A stretch of 61,432 bases of DNA from a virus (Duplodnaviria > Caudoviricetes): positions 1-61,432 of the IMG/VR virus record IMGVR_UViG_3300021963_000138; one strand, 5' to 3'. Shown here piece by piece: positions 1 to 9,832 of the stretch; the first letter of the stretch is position 1, and each line of letters begins with the position of its first letter. A program made the position numbers and the translations under genes. Under the pieces are notes generated by a model. That model searched no databases, was not told the origin of the DNA, and saw only the letters and a list, made by a program, of their open reading frames with translations.

Positions 1-952
1 TAATTGCGCTGTCATCAGCAGCGTATGTGTTAACATACACTTTCATTGCGCTATTCAACGTACCAACAAACTTAGTGTTTGTAGGTGCTTCGAATGTACC
101 TTCTGTTGTTCTTGCGAACGCAGAAGTTGTAGCACTTTGAAGAATTGTCAATGCTTGTGGGCTAACAACAGCCCAGTTACCTGCACCGCGACGTGTACGC
201 TGAGCGATCACGTTAGCAACACGGTTGATAGCAACTGCCAAAGCGGCATGCTCATCACCAACGAATGTAGCTGTACCAGACACACCTGTCTGATCGTATG
301 CTACTGTGTTGCTTGCGCCAGAAGCTAAAGTACCTAAGCTACGTAGAACTTCTTGGTCGATCTCAGCAGTGATCTCTTGTGCAAGAGCTGCCATGATCTC
401 AGCTTCGATGTCAATACCTTGTTGGGCTTGTGCATCTTGTGCTGCTTCAAAAGTCCAGCGAGCTGACAACTTACGTGTCTTGGCTTCAACTGTTTGCTTC
501 AAGATTTGGATGCTTAGTTTGTTACCAGCAACACCTTCTTTTGCTGCTGTAGCATCAGCTTTTCCTGGTGCAACACCAGAATAGCCTTCAGCAATCTTGA
601 ATGGGCTTAGTGCCTCTTCACCAGCTGTTGTAGATCCACCTGTAGCATCAGTGAAGCTATCTGAATAGCGAACACGTAGAGTGTGGATTTGACCAACTGG
701 GCCAGTCATTGGTTGTACGCCAACCAATTCATTAGCGATGACCGTAGGCATCACACGTCTGATCACTGGAAGGATCACACGATTTAGGGTTGCAACGTTG
801 CCAGCGGATGTAGCTCCAGCTGTGGCGCTCTCTGCCAAATACTTGCGGGTATTCTCTAGAGTAGCTGCCATTACTGAACGCTTGTTACCTTGAAGACCTT
901 CTAAAAGAGCTTCTTTGGTTTCCGACCAGCGTGACTCGAGTAATTGTGACAT
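1..952 (-). CDS. gp23: Major capsid protein, T4 gp23-like (3' end runs off the left edge)
   Basis: Not in the ORF track; translated by hand from ATG at 952 (GGAG RBS upstream): MSQLLESRW...YLAESATAG...VIRRVMPTVIANELVGVQPMTGPVGQIHTLRVRY...VEAKTRKLSARWTFEAAQDAQAQQGIDIEAEI. These are hallmark gp23 motifs, and the gene follows the scaffold and protease. Confidence 0.97.
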   Translation of the reverse strand, partial: MSQLLESRWSETKEALLEGLQGNKRSVMAATLENTRKYLAESATAGATSAGNVATLNRVILPVIRRVMPTVIANELVGVQPMTGPVGQIHTLRVRYSDSFTDATGGSTTAGEEALSPFKIAEGYSGVAPGKADATAAKEGVAGNKLSIQILKQTVEAKTRKLSARWTFEAAQDAQAQQGIDIEAEIMAALAQEITAEIDQEVLRSLGTLASGASNTVAYDQTGVSGTATFVGDEHAALAVAINRVANVIAQRTRRGAGNWAVVSPQALTILQSATTSAFARTTEGTFEAPTNTKFVGTLNSAMKVYVNTYAADDSAI

Positions 953-963
953 TATAGTTCTCC

Positions 964-2058
964 TTAAACTTTTAGTCCCGCAAGCCTGCGGATGTCAAAA
1001 ATTTCAGCAGTTTTTTCTTCACTGCTAAAAGATTGTGCCTGTTTTTTATCGCCTGTCATTTCTTTGCCTTCTGTTAATGTTTTCTTAGCAGGTGCACCAC
1101 CGTTCATTACTGATGGGATGTACTTGTCGTAAGCTGTACGTAGTTTGTCTGTTTGAACTGATTCTAGTAATTCTTTCATTACTACACGCTTGTCTCCACT
1201 TAATGGGCCGAGCAATTCGCTCATAACTTCTTTGCGGCTCATTGCGTCTTGTGCAATACGTAGTTCTTGTTCACGACTTTCTACTAATTTTTGTGTTTCT
1301 GCAACAATCTTTGCTGCTTCTTCAAGTTCTTGCTCTTTTGTAGCAACTACTTTTAGAAGTTTTGCTGTTTCGCTTTTCTCATTGAGATGGCTTGCAGCAT
1401 ATTCGCTAGCGAAGCTTTCAAAAATTCTGCGACCAAAATCATTTCTGCGGGCAGCATCGATATCTTCACGCAACTGTACCATTTCAGATTTTAGTCCTTT
1501 GGAGACTGTTTCTTGAATGATAGCTGATGAGCGAGCAATAAAATCTTTCTTAACTTGTTCAAACTTAGCTTTGCTTTCGCGTACTAGTTTGACTTTTGTT
1601 TCAGCCAAGTCTTTCTTGTCTGCATGGAATTCTGCGATTTCTTTCGCTAGTGCGTCCACGATAAAAGATTCTAATTTACCGACGTTGTTAGCAACTGCTT
1701 TACGATCTTCGTGTAGTTCTGCAAGTTCTTTGCGCAAATTATTCAATACAAATGCTTCCATTGCTGTAGCATCTTCTTTCATTTTTTGTGCATACTTGGC
1801 ACGGGCTTCGATAAGTCCTTGACGGTCTTCTGCTAGCTCTGATAGCTCTGCCTGTAGGCGGTCTGCTAACATTGCTTCTACAGCTTCGACCATTGCGGAT
1901 TTGTCGTGCTCATACTTTTGTGCAAATTCTTCACGTAGCGTGGCAGTGACTTGGTCACGGTTTTCTTGAATTCTGCTTTGCCAAGCGGTTTCAATTTCCG
2001 ATTTAAGTTCTTCGGAAATCACATTGTTTTCAAACAACTGTTTAACGAAATCTAGCAT
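964..2058 (-). CDS. gp22: Prohead core scaffolding protein, gp22-like
   Basis: 364-aa E/K/A-rich coiled coil between protease and capsid genes, the T4 gp21-gp22-gp23 order; GGAG RBS. Confidence 0.85.
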   Translation of the reverse strand: MLDFVKQLFENNVISEELKSEIETAWQSRIQENRDQVTATLREEFAQKYEHDKSAMVEAVEAMLADRLQAELSELAEDRQGLIEARAKYAQKMKEDATAMEAFVLNNLRKELAELHEDRKAVANNVGKLESFIVDALAKEIAEFHADKKDLAETKVKLVRESKAKFEQVKKDFIARSSAIIQETVSKGLKSEMVQLREDIDAARRNDFGRRIFESFASEYAASHLNEKSETAKLLKVVATKEQELEEAAKIVAETQKLVESREQELRIAQDAMSRKEVMSELLGPLSGDKRVVMKELLESVQTDKLRTAYDKYIPSVMNGGAPAKKTLTEGKEMTGDKKQAQSFSSEEKTAEIFDIRRLAGLKV

Positions 2059-2073
2059 GTGATTCTCCTACTG

Positions 2074-2703
2074 TTATTTGAGACCTCTGATGATTCTCAC
2101 CAGACTCTCTGCTATGTATTTCTGTGCCTTTGGGTCGCCTTTGACTTCTTGTGCTATTTTAAATGCCTGGTTTCCACCTAATGTATTCATTAAATGTTCG
2201 TATACTGGAGTTGGGTAAGCTCCCGGGGCGCTAGGTTGTGCTACAATATCAACCGTGATAATTTCAAAACCTTGAACATTACCACTGCCATCTACTTCAC
2301 CGGAACCTCTACTCGATACACCCAACTTGACTCCCGACTCTAACATGGTCTGTACTAGCTGACCCATTGGAGTTGGGATGATTTTAAGTTTTCCGTAGCC
2401 GTTAGGACCATCCATCCACATCTTGGTAATCATATGACTAACACGATCTAGATTGATTTTTAAATCCTGAGGATGATCTAACTCTCCACAAACTGAATAT
2501 CCGCCAGAGATCTGCTCGTTAAGCGTTTTGACAGCCTTGCCAATCTCAAAGGAAGAATAAATTCGCTGGTTCTGATTACGGATATCTCCTTGAATACAGA
2601 TACCGTTCAGATGCAGCGATTTTTTATCGCCTTCACCTTCGCTCTCCAAGACAATCTTAGCCTGGTCAAAACTCAATTGTTCGCTGAGGTTAGTTTTCAC
2701 CAT
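2074..2703 (-). CDS. gp21: Prohead protease, gp21-like
   Basis: Motifs GICIQGDIRNQNQRIY, GELDHP, VSHMI, LGVSSRGSG, DIVAQPSAPGAY. Confidence 0.96.
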   Translation of the reverse strand: MVKTNLSEQLSFDQAKIVLESEGEGDKKSLHLNGICIQGDIRNQNQRIYSSFEIGKAVKTLNEQISGGYSVCGELDHPQDLKINLDRVSHMITKMWMDGPNGYGKLKIIPTPMGQLVQTMLESGVKLGVSSRGSGEVDGSGNVQGFEIITVDIVAQPSAPGAYPTPVYEHLMNTLGGNQAFKIAQEVKGDPKAQKYIAESLVRIIRGLK

Positions 2704-2712
2704 TGCGCCCTA

Positions 2713-3618
2713 TTATCTACGACCACGGAAAAGACTTGCTTTGTCAACTGAACCGGAAGATCCACCTGCTCCGCTGAATTTGCCTTCAGCTTCGCCTTTC
2801 TTCTCTGCACCATGGCCTGGCTCTTTCTTAGAGAAAGCACCACCTGCCTTGCCGCCTGGAACGTTGATGTTGCCTGCGTTATCTTCTTTTGGTGTACCTT
2901 TGAATAGGCTTGAACCGCCTAGTTGGCCACCACCTGCACCTGCGTACTTAGGTGCTTCTTCTTTGCTGCTTAGAATGTTAGCTGTTGTGCCGCCCATATC
3001 GTTCTTGCCTGCAACGATAGATTTAGCATTTGTGCTAGAACCTTGGCTTAGTTTACCAGTACCAGCTAAAGCACCTTCAGCTGCACCTTTCTTTTCTGCG
3101 CCATGACCACCTGGAACTTTTTCAACGTACTCACGTACTGTTTCTAGATCAAAGTCGTCTTTCATTTCATCTGGTGCGCCCATATCATCGCCCATATCGT
3201 CACCTTCTTCGCCGCCAAGTGCGTCAAAGCGTGATTGTAGTTCGTCTACAATAGCGTCTAAGTCTTGAAATAGCTCTTCTTCAGATTCGCTACCTAAGTC
3301 TTCACCTTCTTCTTCTGGACCAATTTCTCCAGCTAGGTCGTCGCCCATATCACCAGCAGGGCCGCCTGTTTCGTCATCGCCTTCGTAGGCAATGTCTTCA
3401 AATTCTTCGTCAACTTTTTCTTCTTCAGCATCTTCATCTTCTGCTGCTTCGTCAACTTCTTCTTCCTCTTCTTCATCATCCATTTCGGCTTCGATGAGGT
3501 TTTCGTAAATTTCGCGAGATTTTCCAACTACATATTCGTGGAATAATTCTTCTGCTTTAGCTTGATCGTCGTTGACCAAGCGTTCGAGCATTTGCTCAAG
3601 TAATGATTTATCTGCCAT
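2713..3618 (-). CDS. Acidic prohead core / internal head protein
   Basis: Very D/E-rich N-half and G/K-rich C-half with a repeated GHGAEKKG motif; lies where T4 gp67/gp68 sit, between portal and protease. Confidence 0.6.
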   Translation of the reverse strand: MADKSLLEQMLERLVNDDQAKAEELFHEYVVGKSREIYENLIEAEMDDEEEEEEVDEAAEDEDAEEEKVDEEFEDIAYEGDDETGGPAGDMGDDLAGEIGPEEEGEDLGSESEEELFQDLDAIVDELQSRFDALGGEEGDDMGDDMGAPDEMKDDFDLETVREYVEKVPGGHGAEKKGAAEGALAGTGKLSQGSSTNAKSIVAGKNDMGGTTANILSSKEEAPKYAGAGGGQLGGSSLFKGTPKEDNAGNINVPGGKAGGAFSKKEPGHGAEKKGEAEGKFSGAGGSSGSVDKASLFRGRR

Positions 3619-3654
3619 GTTGTATTCTCCTTCAAGATGGTTAGGCTGTGTTTT

Positions 3655-3661
3655 TATTTAA
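3655..3661 (-). promoter_or_regulatory. Putative late (gp55-type) promoter TTAAATA
   Basis: TAAATA core about 36 nt upstream of the 3618 start; the motif recurs before many structural genes. Confidence 0.55.
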
Positions 3662-3682
3662 CATTAAGATTACAATCTGGGG

Positions 3683-4324
3683 TTAAATGGTAGTTTTTTG
3701 AACGTTTTCTGTTGTATAAGTACAGTCCGGAAACTTTTTATAAAATTCTTCGTAGGTAGTGTGTTTGAGATTTTTTAACTGTATTCCTAATTGATCCGGA
3801 ATAAAATCTCCAGAATTTATTACTCTGTGGTATTGTATGTTTCTAAAATCTCTAATAGTTCTTTCGGTTTGACTCAACCAGTTTCCGTGAAAAGTGGCTG
3901 TATCGTTGCTTTTTTTATAATTGTAAGTATCTGCATACACGTTGTTAAACTTACCTTGCAAGCCTTGATAATCGAATCCAAAAATGTAGATATCTCTATG
4001 TCCTTGTTCTGATGCAAACCATAATGCTGTAGGTCCTGAACTCCATCCTTTATGTGGATTAAACATGTTTAGATTATGTTTATTACTAATTCCTTTATTA
4101 GGGTTAGTCCATACAGAGTGAGTTTTGTGATAGCCGGAAGCTACAATTTCGTTGATCATTTTAACATCTACTGCTATTAAATGATGCGGTTCAAACTCTC
4201 TATAGATAGCATTGCAGGCATAGACTATGCCTTTATCTAGTAAGTTTTTGTGATTTAGTTGTAGTCTGCTTGTACCGTTGCCCAATACAAATGCAACATT
4301 ATTCTGCTGGTTGCTCTGCTTCAC
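3683..4324 (-). CDS. Sialyltransferase/Maf (GT29/GT42/DUF115-like) fold protein
   Basis: Motifs FVLGNGTSR, YACNAIY, HLIAVD, SSGPTALWFA, IYIFGFDY. Start moved from the track's 4354 to an in-frame GTG at 4324, which has a GGAG RBS upstream. Confidence 0.6.
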   Translation of the reverse strand: MKQSNQQNNVAFVLGNGTSRLQLNHKNLLDKGIVYACNAIYREFEPHHLIAVDVKMINEIVASGYHKTHSVWTNPNKGISNKHNLNMFNPHKGWSSGPTALWFASEQGHRDIYIFGFDYQGLQGKFNNVYADTYNYKKSNDTATFHGNWLSQTERTIRDFRNIQYHRVINSGDFIPDQLGIQLKNLKHTTYEEFYKKFPDCTYTTENVQKTTI

Positions 4325-4550
4325 CGGCTGGTGCTCCATACATCTGTCTAACAAATTCTAATTCAGAATCACGCTCATATTCATGAGCTTCTGCTTGCAT
4401 ACGCAATCTGTTAATTTGTCTTAGTGTAAGGCGGGTTTTTCTAGTATCTCCTCTTTTAAGAACAGAACTATCTTTGTTATTTTCATAGCGACGATCAACT
4501 GCAAAGTCGTTATTGTTGTCGTTAAAATAAAGGAATTCTAATAGGAGCAT
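4299..4550 (-). CDS. Small hypothetical head-module protein
   Basis: MLLLEFLYF...RKTRLTLRQINRLR...VRQMYG. ATG 4550 lies just after the portal stop, whereas the track's 4595 start overlaps the portal. Confidence 0.7.
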   Translation of the reverse strand: MLLLEFLYFNDNNNDFAVDRRYENNKDSSVLKRGDTRKTRLTLRQINRLRMQAEAHEYERDSELEFVRQMYGAPAGEAEQPAE

Positions 4551-4554
4551 ACGA

Positions 4555-4561
4555 TATTTAT
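4555..4561 (-). promoter_or_regulatory. Putative late promoter ATAAATA
   Basis: ATAAATA only 4 nt before ATG 4550; no SD sequence visible. Confidence 0.5.
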
Positions 4562-6258
4562 CATTGAACCGGTTGTTCAGCAGGCGCTGCTTCACCTTCT
4601 ACGCCTGTATCTGCTGGTGCTTCTTCAGGTGCTTCTTCGGCTTGTGCCGCTAGATCTTGTTGGGCACCACTTGGAGTAATGCCCACTGAACGCATTTGTC
4701 CGCCAGCATCTAACGCTGGTTTTAGATTTCCGCCTTGTTCCTCTCTCCACAGCTTTTCGTTTTCTGTAATCTCTTCTTGTGTCATGCCTAAGAAGCGTTT
4801 CATAGCAAATCGTTTGCTGAGATGAGGTATTTCTTGTAGCTGTGCAAACGTAGCTGCACGGGCTGTATCTAGTTCACTTTGACGATAGGCCGCAAAGTTC
4901 TGTGGAGGATTAAACTTTAACTCAAATAGACTTGGATCAATGTTTACTCCATTATTCTCCAACCACATTTTAAATTCTAAGTCAAATGTTTCAATAATCA
5001 TTGACTGTAGACGCTCGCAATATTTGTTAAAACGCAGTTCTTGAATATAGGCTGTTCCTACTTTGCCGTCGGCAACAGTGTTGCTGGCTTCTTCAATACC
5101 TGTTGGCAAATAGGCAGCGGGAATTCTTAAAGCACGGAATAATTTGTTGGTAAAAAAGCGTAAATCTGTAATTTCACCAAGATTTGTACCGCCTGCTAGT
5201 GTATCAACTTTTGATCCACGACCTTCTGCTGTCTGTGGAAAGAAGTAGTCTTCTGAAGCACTTAACGGATTATAACTAGCATCAATAACATTATTGCCGC
5301 CTCCAGTTGAGCTAGGAATACGTCTTTGTTGAATTTCGTTTTTTACACGTTCTACAAAGCTCATGGCCATGTGCGCCGGCATATTTCCAACGTCAATGTA
5401 AAATATACGTCTTTCTGGAGCACGTTGTACACGATAGATAATGATAGCATCTTCAAGCAATTCTTTCTGCTTGTATACTTTGAATACTGATTCTAGTAGC
5501 GAATTACCAAAAGGATAGTTAGTATCGATACCTTCACTTAGACTGATATGCACTACATTTTTTGCGTCAACAGTAACTTCATTTGTTTGATTATGGAACC
5601 GTGTGCCCGGAGGCTGACTAGCAGAGCCAACCATACCACGACCTTGACTTCCGCCACTAGTATATGAACTGGTACCACTAGGTGCAGTATTTGTAGTTCC
5701 GTGAGGAGTAACTGCAATTAAATCTTTAAAGTTAAAATTAATGTCTCTAATAACATACTGCTCAGGAATTTTACCTTCGCTTTCGTTTACAATAATTTTT
5801 GATACTTTGGCTGCATCAACAAACAACCATTTTTTAGTTTCAGGGTCGCGTATAAAAAATACATCTCCATACTTGAAAGCATTTCTAACTATGCGGAAAA
5901 TTCTAGTTTCGAATTGTTGTTGTTTGGTCCATTTTTGTAGACTTTCTTTGATTAGCTTGACTTCAGTGGAAGTAGGTTGGCCGCGAAAGAATGTTTGGAA
6001 TGGGGTTGCATTTTCTTTGTCTTTTTGAGTGCAGAACTCGGCAAGGATATCTAGAGCAGCATTAACTTCGCTGTCCATATCCATAGTATCGTATTGCATA
6101 TAACGCTCAACACGATTGGGTGTACCTGCATAAACATCTGGCAGATAGCTAGAATAATTTGCTCGAGCTGGACCTGGACGGCCACCACTTGACAATGGGC
6201 TTGACGAACCCATTTGGTTTCTAACATCAACAGGTGTAAAGTATTTTTTCCAACTCAT
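4561..6258 (-). CDS. gp20: Portal vertex protein, gp20-like
   Basis: Motifs LLEDAIIIYRVQRAPERRIFYIDVGNMP, EDYFFP, GRGSKVDTLAGGTNLGEITDLRFF, ELRFNKYCERLQ. Confidence 0.97.
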   Translation of the reverse strand: MSWKKYFTPVDVRNQMGSSSPLSSGGRPGPARANYSSYLPDVYAGTPNRVERYMQYDTMDMDSEVNAALDILAEFCTQKDKENATPFQTFFRGQPTSTEVKLIKESLQKWTKQQQFETRIFRIVRNAFKYGDVFFIRDPETKKWLFVDAAKVSKIIVNESEGKIPEQYVIRDINFNFKDLIAVTPHGTTNTAPSGTSSYTSGGSQGRGMVGSASQPPGTRFHNQTNEVTVDAKNVVHISLSEGIDTNYPFGNSLLESVFKVYKQKELLEDAIIIYRVQRAPERRIFYIDVGNMPAHMAMSFVERVKNEIQQRRIPSSTGGGNNVIDASYNPLSASEDYFFPQTAEGRGSKVDTLAGGTNLGEITDLRFFTNKLFRALRIPAAYLPTGIEEASNTVADGKVGTAYIQELRFNKYCERLQSMIIETFDLEFKMWLENNGVNIDPSLFELKFNPPQNFAAYRQSELDTARAATFAQLQEIPHLSKRFAMKRFLGMTQEEITENEKLWREEQGGNLKPALDAGGQMRSVGITPSGAQQDLAAQAEEAPEEAPADTGVEGEAAPAEQPVQ

Positions 6259-6269
6259 TTATAGTTCCG

Positions 6270-9200
6270 TTACGACATAAACATGTCTGTGCTCATTGCT
6301 CTTAATCCCCTTAACTGATTTGCATTCAAATCTACGCTTTCTCTATTTAAGGCAATTAATTGACCCATCTGTATATTTAACATTTCTAAACTTGCTACTA
6401 CCGCATTTAGACTCGATACTCCTCCGGCACTAGGGGCTCCCGAACCGGTGGCAGTATTTCGAACAGTTTGGGTTTCGACTACCGAACTTGCAGTAGTTGA
6501 TGCAGTAGTAGAAGGTGCTGGTGTTGGTGTTAATGCTGTTCTGGCGGTGTCTGTACTAGGAACATTTGAACCTGGATTGCTTAACAATGCCATTATGTCT
6601 TGTTGTTCTTTGCCAAATCTATTTACTACACCTGCACGCTCGTTGGGCTTACTCTTGCCAAAATGCTTCTTTCCATCATCCGCTCCCCTTTCTGCATAAA
6701 CAGCTTTTACCAATTGTTCGTCTGTCATGCCTGGCTTGAACACACTGTTAAAGATTCCCATCGCTCCACTAGGGCCGTGTTGTACAGCAGTACTATATAA
6801 CATTTCCTGAAGAGCTCGACTACCGTTAATTCTTGACTGTAGACCTTGATCTTTTAAGCCTTTTAAAGCCGTTCCGTATCCTTGTCCTAAAAATTCATTT
6901 TCGCTGTTGCCTAACGCACCGCTGGCTGCAACTTCTTTCCACACATCAACTGCTTTACCGCTGGTACTGCCAGTGTCTTTTTCTATGCCTGCATCACGTA
7001 ATTTTTTAGCAACATCTCCTTTTCCTGTTTTTTCAAGGAATTTAAGAAAATCGGTCATTGCTCCGGCTTTGGATGAAATTTGTTTTTTACCGTAGCTAGT
7101 GCCGCCACTTTTATCCCATCCAACAGTTCCGCTGCCTCGGCCTGCTGATTCGTATTTTTCTGCTATTGCTCCTAGACCTGTACCAATTGCAGATGCTCCA
7201 GGTACTTGTGGTACTGGTGCTGATCCAGATGTTGTTCCAGACGGAGGAGCAACCTGAGGAGCTCCTGATCCTCCTGCTCTCATTGCTTTAAAGGAATTAT
7301 ATAATGCCTGTGGGCTGCTAAAATCCAATCCAGGTTTCTTATCTTTTGCGCTAGCTTCTTCTTCTGCTTTTTTTGCAGCATCAAGTTCGGCTTTCTTTGC
7401 ATCAGATAATTCTTTGGTAGTAGTTGTTAGTCCTTCTTGTATTTTTTTACTATTTGCTGCCAATCGAGCTTCTATTTCTCTCTTTTTCTTTTCAGCGTCA
7501 GCTAATGCTTCTGCTGATTCAGCAGCATATCGATCTTCTCTATTTTTTGCTTTGGCTATAGAAATTGCTTCTATTTGGGCTTTTAGTTGTGCCCTTAAAG
7601 TTTTTTCCAGTTCTTTAGCATCTGCTGTCGCTTCTGTAGTTGATGAAGTACCAGTTGCTGGGTTTGATATACCTGCGCCGGGTGCGGCAGATCCAGTCTT
7701 TCCAGTCTTGGCGTTTAGATATGCTGTTTCTGAGGCTATTCTCTCACTTCTCGCTTGATTAGCCATATTAGTAAGACCAACAAAACTCCCTATATTTTCT
7801 ATTGTTCTAGCTAGACCAGATTGCGCTTTTTCGAGCAGATTCGCTTGCTGCCAATTTTTTTCATCTTGGTCTTCATCAATTTCATTTCCACCAACACCAA
7901 GTGCACCAGCAGCAGCATCAATAACATAACTACCACCAACTACTACGGCAGCTGTTGTTGCAGCAGTTTTGGCAGTTTCTAAAACTTTACCACCAGCTCC
8001 ACCACCGCCTTTACCACCTTTACCACCTTTACCACCTTTATCTAACAGGCCACCACCGTTTGCATCTCGAACATACAAAGCATTTAACGGAGTAGATCCC
8101 CGTTGAGCCATTTTAAATTCTTTAATGGCCAGTGCGCCTTTAAACAATATGGATGCTATTTTCATTGCACCTAATAGTATAGTGACGTTTTCAATATTAT
8201 CCATTAAGAATTTAAATGCTGGCATTACCCAATTTTCAACAAAGCCGGCCAGTTTCTTAAATGCTGATTCTAATTCCGGCAAATATTTTGCCACAGATTG
8301 AGTAATTCTGTTATTAAGTTCAGCAATTAACTGTTGGAATCTTTGTAGTTGTGCAGGATCTAATCCGTCTTTAGCCGCTGCTTGATCCTGAGCACGTTTT
8401 CTAGCTGCTGCTTGTTCTGCTTCTGACTGTTTTTTAATTTCTTCTAAGTTGGTTTTTTGTGCGGCAATATTTAAATTATCTAATACTAGTCCTTGTTGAA
8501 TATTATTACCTACGTTAGCATATAAATCAGAAATTCCAGCATTATTAACAGCTCTAGCTTCTGCTCTATATGTTTTATCTAAATTGTTAAGAGATGCCTG
8601 AGACACTGTGCCTGTTTGTTGTATCTCTCGATACATTGCATTTGCACCACCTGCTGATTTTTGCATCAAAGTGGCAAATTCTCTTCCGTGGTCGCTGGTA
8701 GCATTTCCAAATGCAATATATTCTTTCATGCCTTTTTGTGCAGTTGGCCCCAACGTTCTCATGTACTGTGTAAGTCTTTCTGCACCTTCAGGATCCATCT
8801 TTGACAGTCTTATACGATAGGCAGCATCAGCCATTAAGGCATCTTGTTCAGCTTTAAGTGCATCTTTGCTTTTGCCTGTCAATTTAGACAGTTCATCCAG
8901 ATTCTTTAGATAAGTTGCACTGCCTGCAACCAGTTGTTCATCAGTTTGTCCTTGCAATTTTCCAGTCTTAGCAAGGATTCCAACATACTGAGCCATTCCG
9001 CTATTAATGTCTTCAGTGCTATATCCTAATCTAGCCAAATCATCATTTAACGGATTTTTTCGAATCTTGGACCCAAGTTCGGCCAATCGTCTAGCACCAT
9101 CACCTGCGCCTTGACCTAATAAAGCTATTGATTCACCGTTCTTTGCAATCACTCCAGCAAATTGATCAAAAGTCATGCCAGCACTGGTAGCAGAATTGAT

Positions 9201-9776
9201 CATGTCATTGATACTACCACCGAAGTTTGCACCTACGCTAGATGCCTGCTGAAATGCTTTGTAAGTTCTCTCACCTGCTTGAGCAACGACTCCGAAAGTA
9301 CTAGCCAACATGTTTCCAACTAATGGAATTGCACTCATGGCTTGTGCAGCTGAACCCATGCTAGAGTTCAGATTGCTGAATGTTCCCATCGTTTTAGTTA
9401 GATAGCCAACTGCGCCTTCTAGCGAGTCATTAAAAAGATCAACTGCCTTAATTGTATTGTTTAAAGATTTGATCTCTTCTTTAAGAGCTTTTGTAGTTTG
9501 CTCTACAGCTTCAACTTTTCGTCTTTCGGCTTCGTCTGCTTTCTTTTGAGCTTTGGTTGCAGCATCTAGTGCGTCAGTTTGTTTTTTGGAAGCGGCTGCT
9601 AGTTTTTTTAATTCTTTTTCAAGTTCTTGTTTTGATTTAGCCTGTGCCGCTTTGTCTTTGCCAGTGTTATTGGCAATAACGGTCATGGCCGCAAGAAGCT
9701 GCTTTAATGTTGCCTCTGTGGCCGCATTGTTTAATTGTATTGGCTGACCGCCAAAATCACCAGTAACTTCTGCCAT
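6270..9776 (-). CDS. Tape-measure-like protein with C-terminal muramidase (VgrG3-C/lysozyme-like) domain
   Basis: 1168 aa, A/G/Q/K-rich and helical; C-terminal AEKYESAGRGSGTVG..SGGTSYGKKQ..YSTAVQHG..VYAER resembles a lysozyme-like fold; next to a chaperone-like gene. Confidence 0.75.
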   Translation of the reverse strand: MAEVTGDFGGQPIQLNNAATEATLKQLLAAMTVIANNTGKDKAAQAKSKQELEKELKKLAAASKKQTDALDAATKAQKKADEAERRKVEAVEQTTKALKEEIKSLNNTIKAVDLFNDSLEGAVGYLTKTMGTFSNLNSSMGSAAQAMSAIPLVGNMLASTFGVVAQAGERTYKAFQQASSVGANFGGSINDMINSATSAGMTFDQFAGVIAKNGESIALLGQGAGDGARRLAELGSKIRKNPLNDDLARLGYSTEDINSGMAQYVGILAKTGKLQGQTDEQLVAGSATYLKNLDELSKLTGKSKDALKAEQDALMADAAYRIRLSKMDPEGAERLTQYMRTLGPTAQKGMKEYIAFGNATSDHGREFATLMQKSAGGANAMYREIQQTGTVSQASLNNLDKTYRAEARAVNNAGISDLYANVGNNIQQGLVLDNLNIAAQKTNLEEIKKQSEAEQAAARKRAQDQAAAKDGLDPAQLQRFQQLIAELNNRITQSVAKYLPELESAFKKLAGFVENWVMPAFKFLMDNIENVTILLGAMKIASILFKGALAIKEFKMAQRGSTPLNALYVRDANGGGLLDKGGKGGKGGKGGGGAGGKVLETAKTAATTAAVVVGGSYVIDAAAGALGVGGNEIDEDQDEKNWQQANLLEKAQSGLARTIENIGSFVGLTNMANQARSERIASETAYLNAKTGKTGSAAPGAGISNPATGTSSTTEATADAKELEKTLRAQLKAQIEAISIAKAKNREDRYAAESAEALADAEKKKREIEARLAANSKKIQEGLTTTTKELSDAKKAELDAAKKAEEEASAKDKKPGLDFSSPQALYNSFKAMRAGGSGAPQVAPPSGTTSGSAPVPQVPGASAIGTGLGAIAEKYESAGRGSGTVGWDKSGGTSYGKKQISSKAGAMTDFLKFLEKTGKGDVAKKLRDAGIEKDTGSTSGKAVDVWKEVAASGALGNSENEFLGQGYGTALKGLKDQGLQSRINGSRALQEMLYSTAVQHGPSGAMGIFNSVFKPGMTDEQLVKAVYAERGADDGKKHFGKSKPNERAGVVNRFGKEQQDIMALLSNPGSNVPSTDTARTALTPTPAPSTTASTTASSVVETQTVRNTATGSGAPSAGGVSSLNAVVASLEMLNIQMGQLIALNRESVDLNANQLRGLRAMSTDMFMS

Positions 9777-9802
9777 TTAATTTAGACCTTGAAAACTGCG
9801 CA

Positions 9803-9832
9803 TATAAATATACGACTAGATAAAGTATTTAT
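9803..9832. promoter_or_regulatory. Pair of face-to-face late promoters: TATAAATA (+, 9803-9810) and ATAAATA (-, 9826-9832)
   Basis: Exact T4 late consensus on + upstream of gp26; core motif on - upstream of the tape measure gene. Confidence 0.65.

Noticed and set aside
137-3527. Short plus-strand and alternate-frame ORFs over the head genes
   Set aside because: Shadows of gp23, gp22 and the core protein, caused by codon bias; the same applies to short antisense ORFs throughout the baseplate and fibre genes.
7999-8040. ACCACCTTT tandem repeat, and the 9-bp CCTGCAAC(C/T) repeat at about 23893-23928
   Set aside because: In-frame coding linkers (GGK and PAT repeats); not CRISPR or phase-variable tracts.
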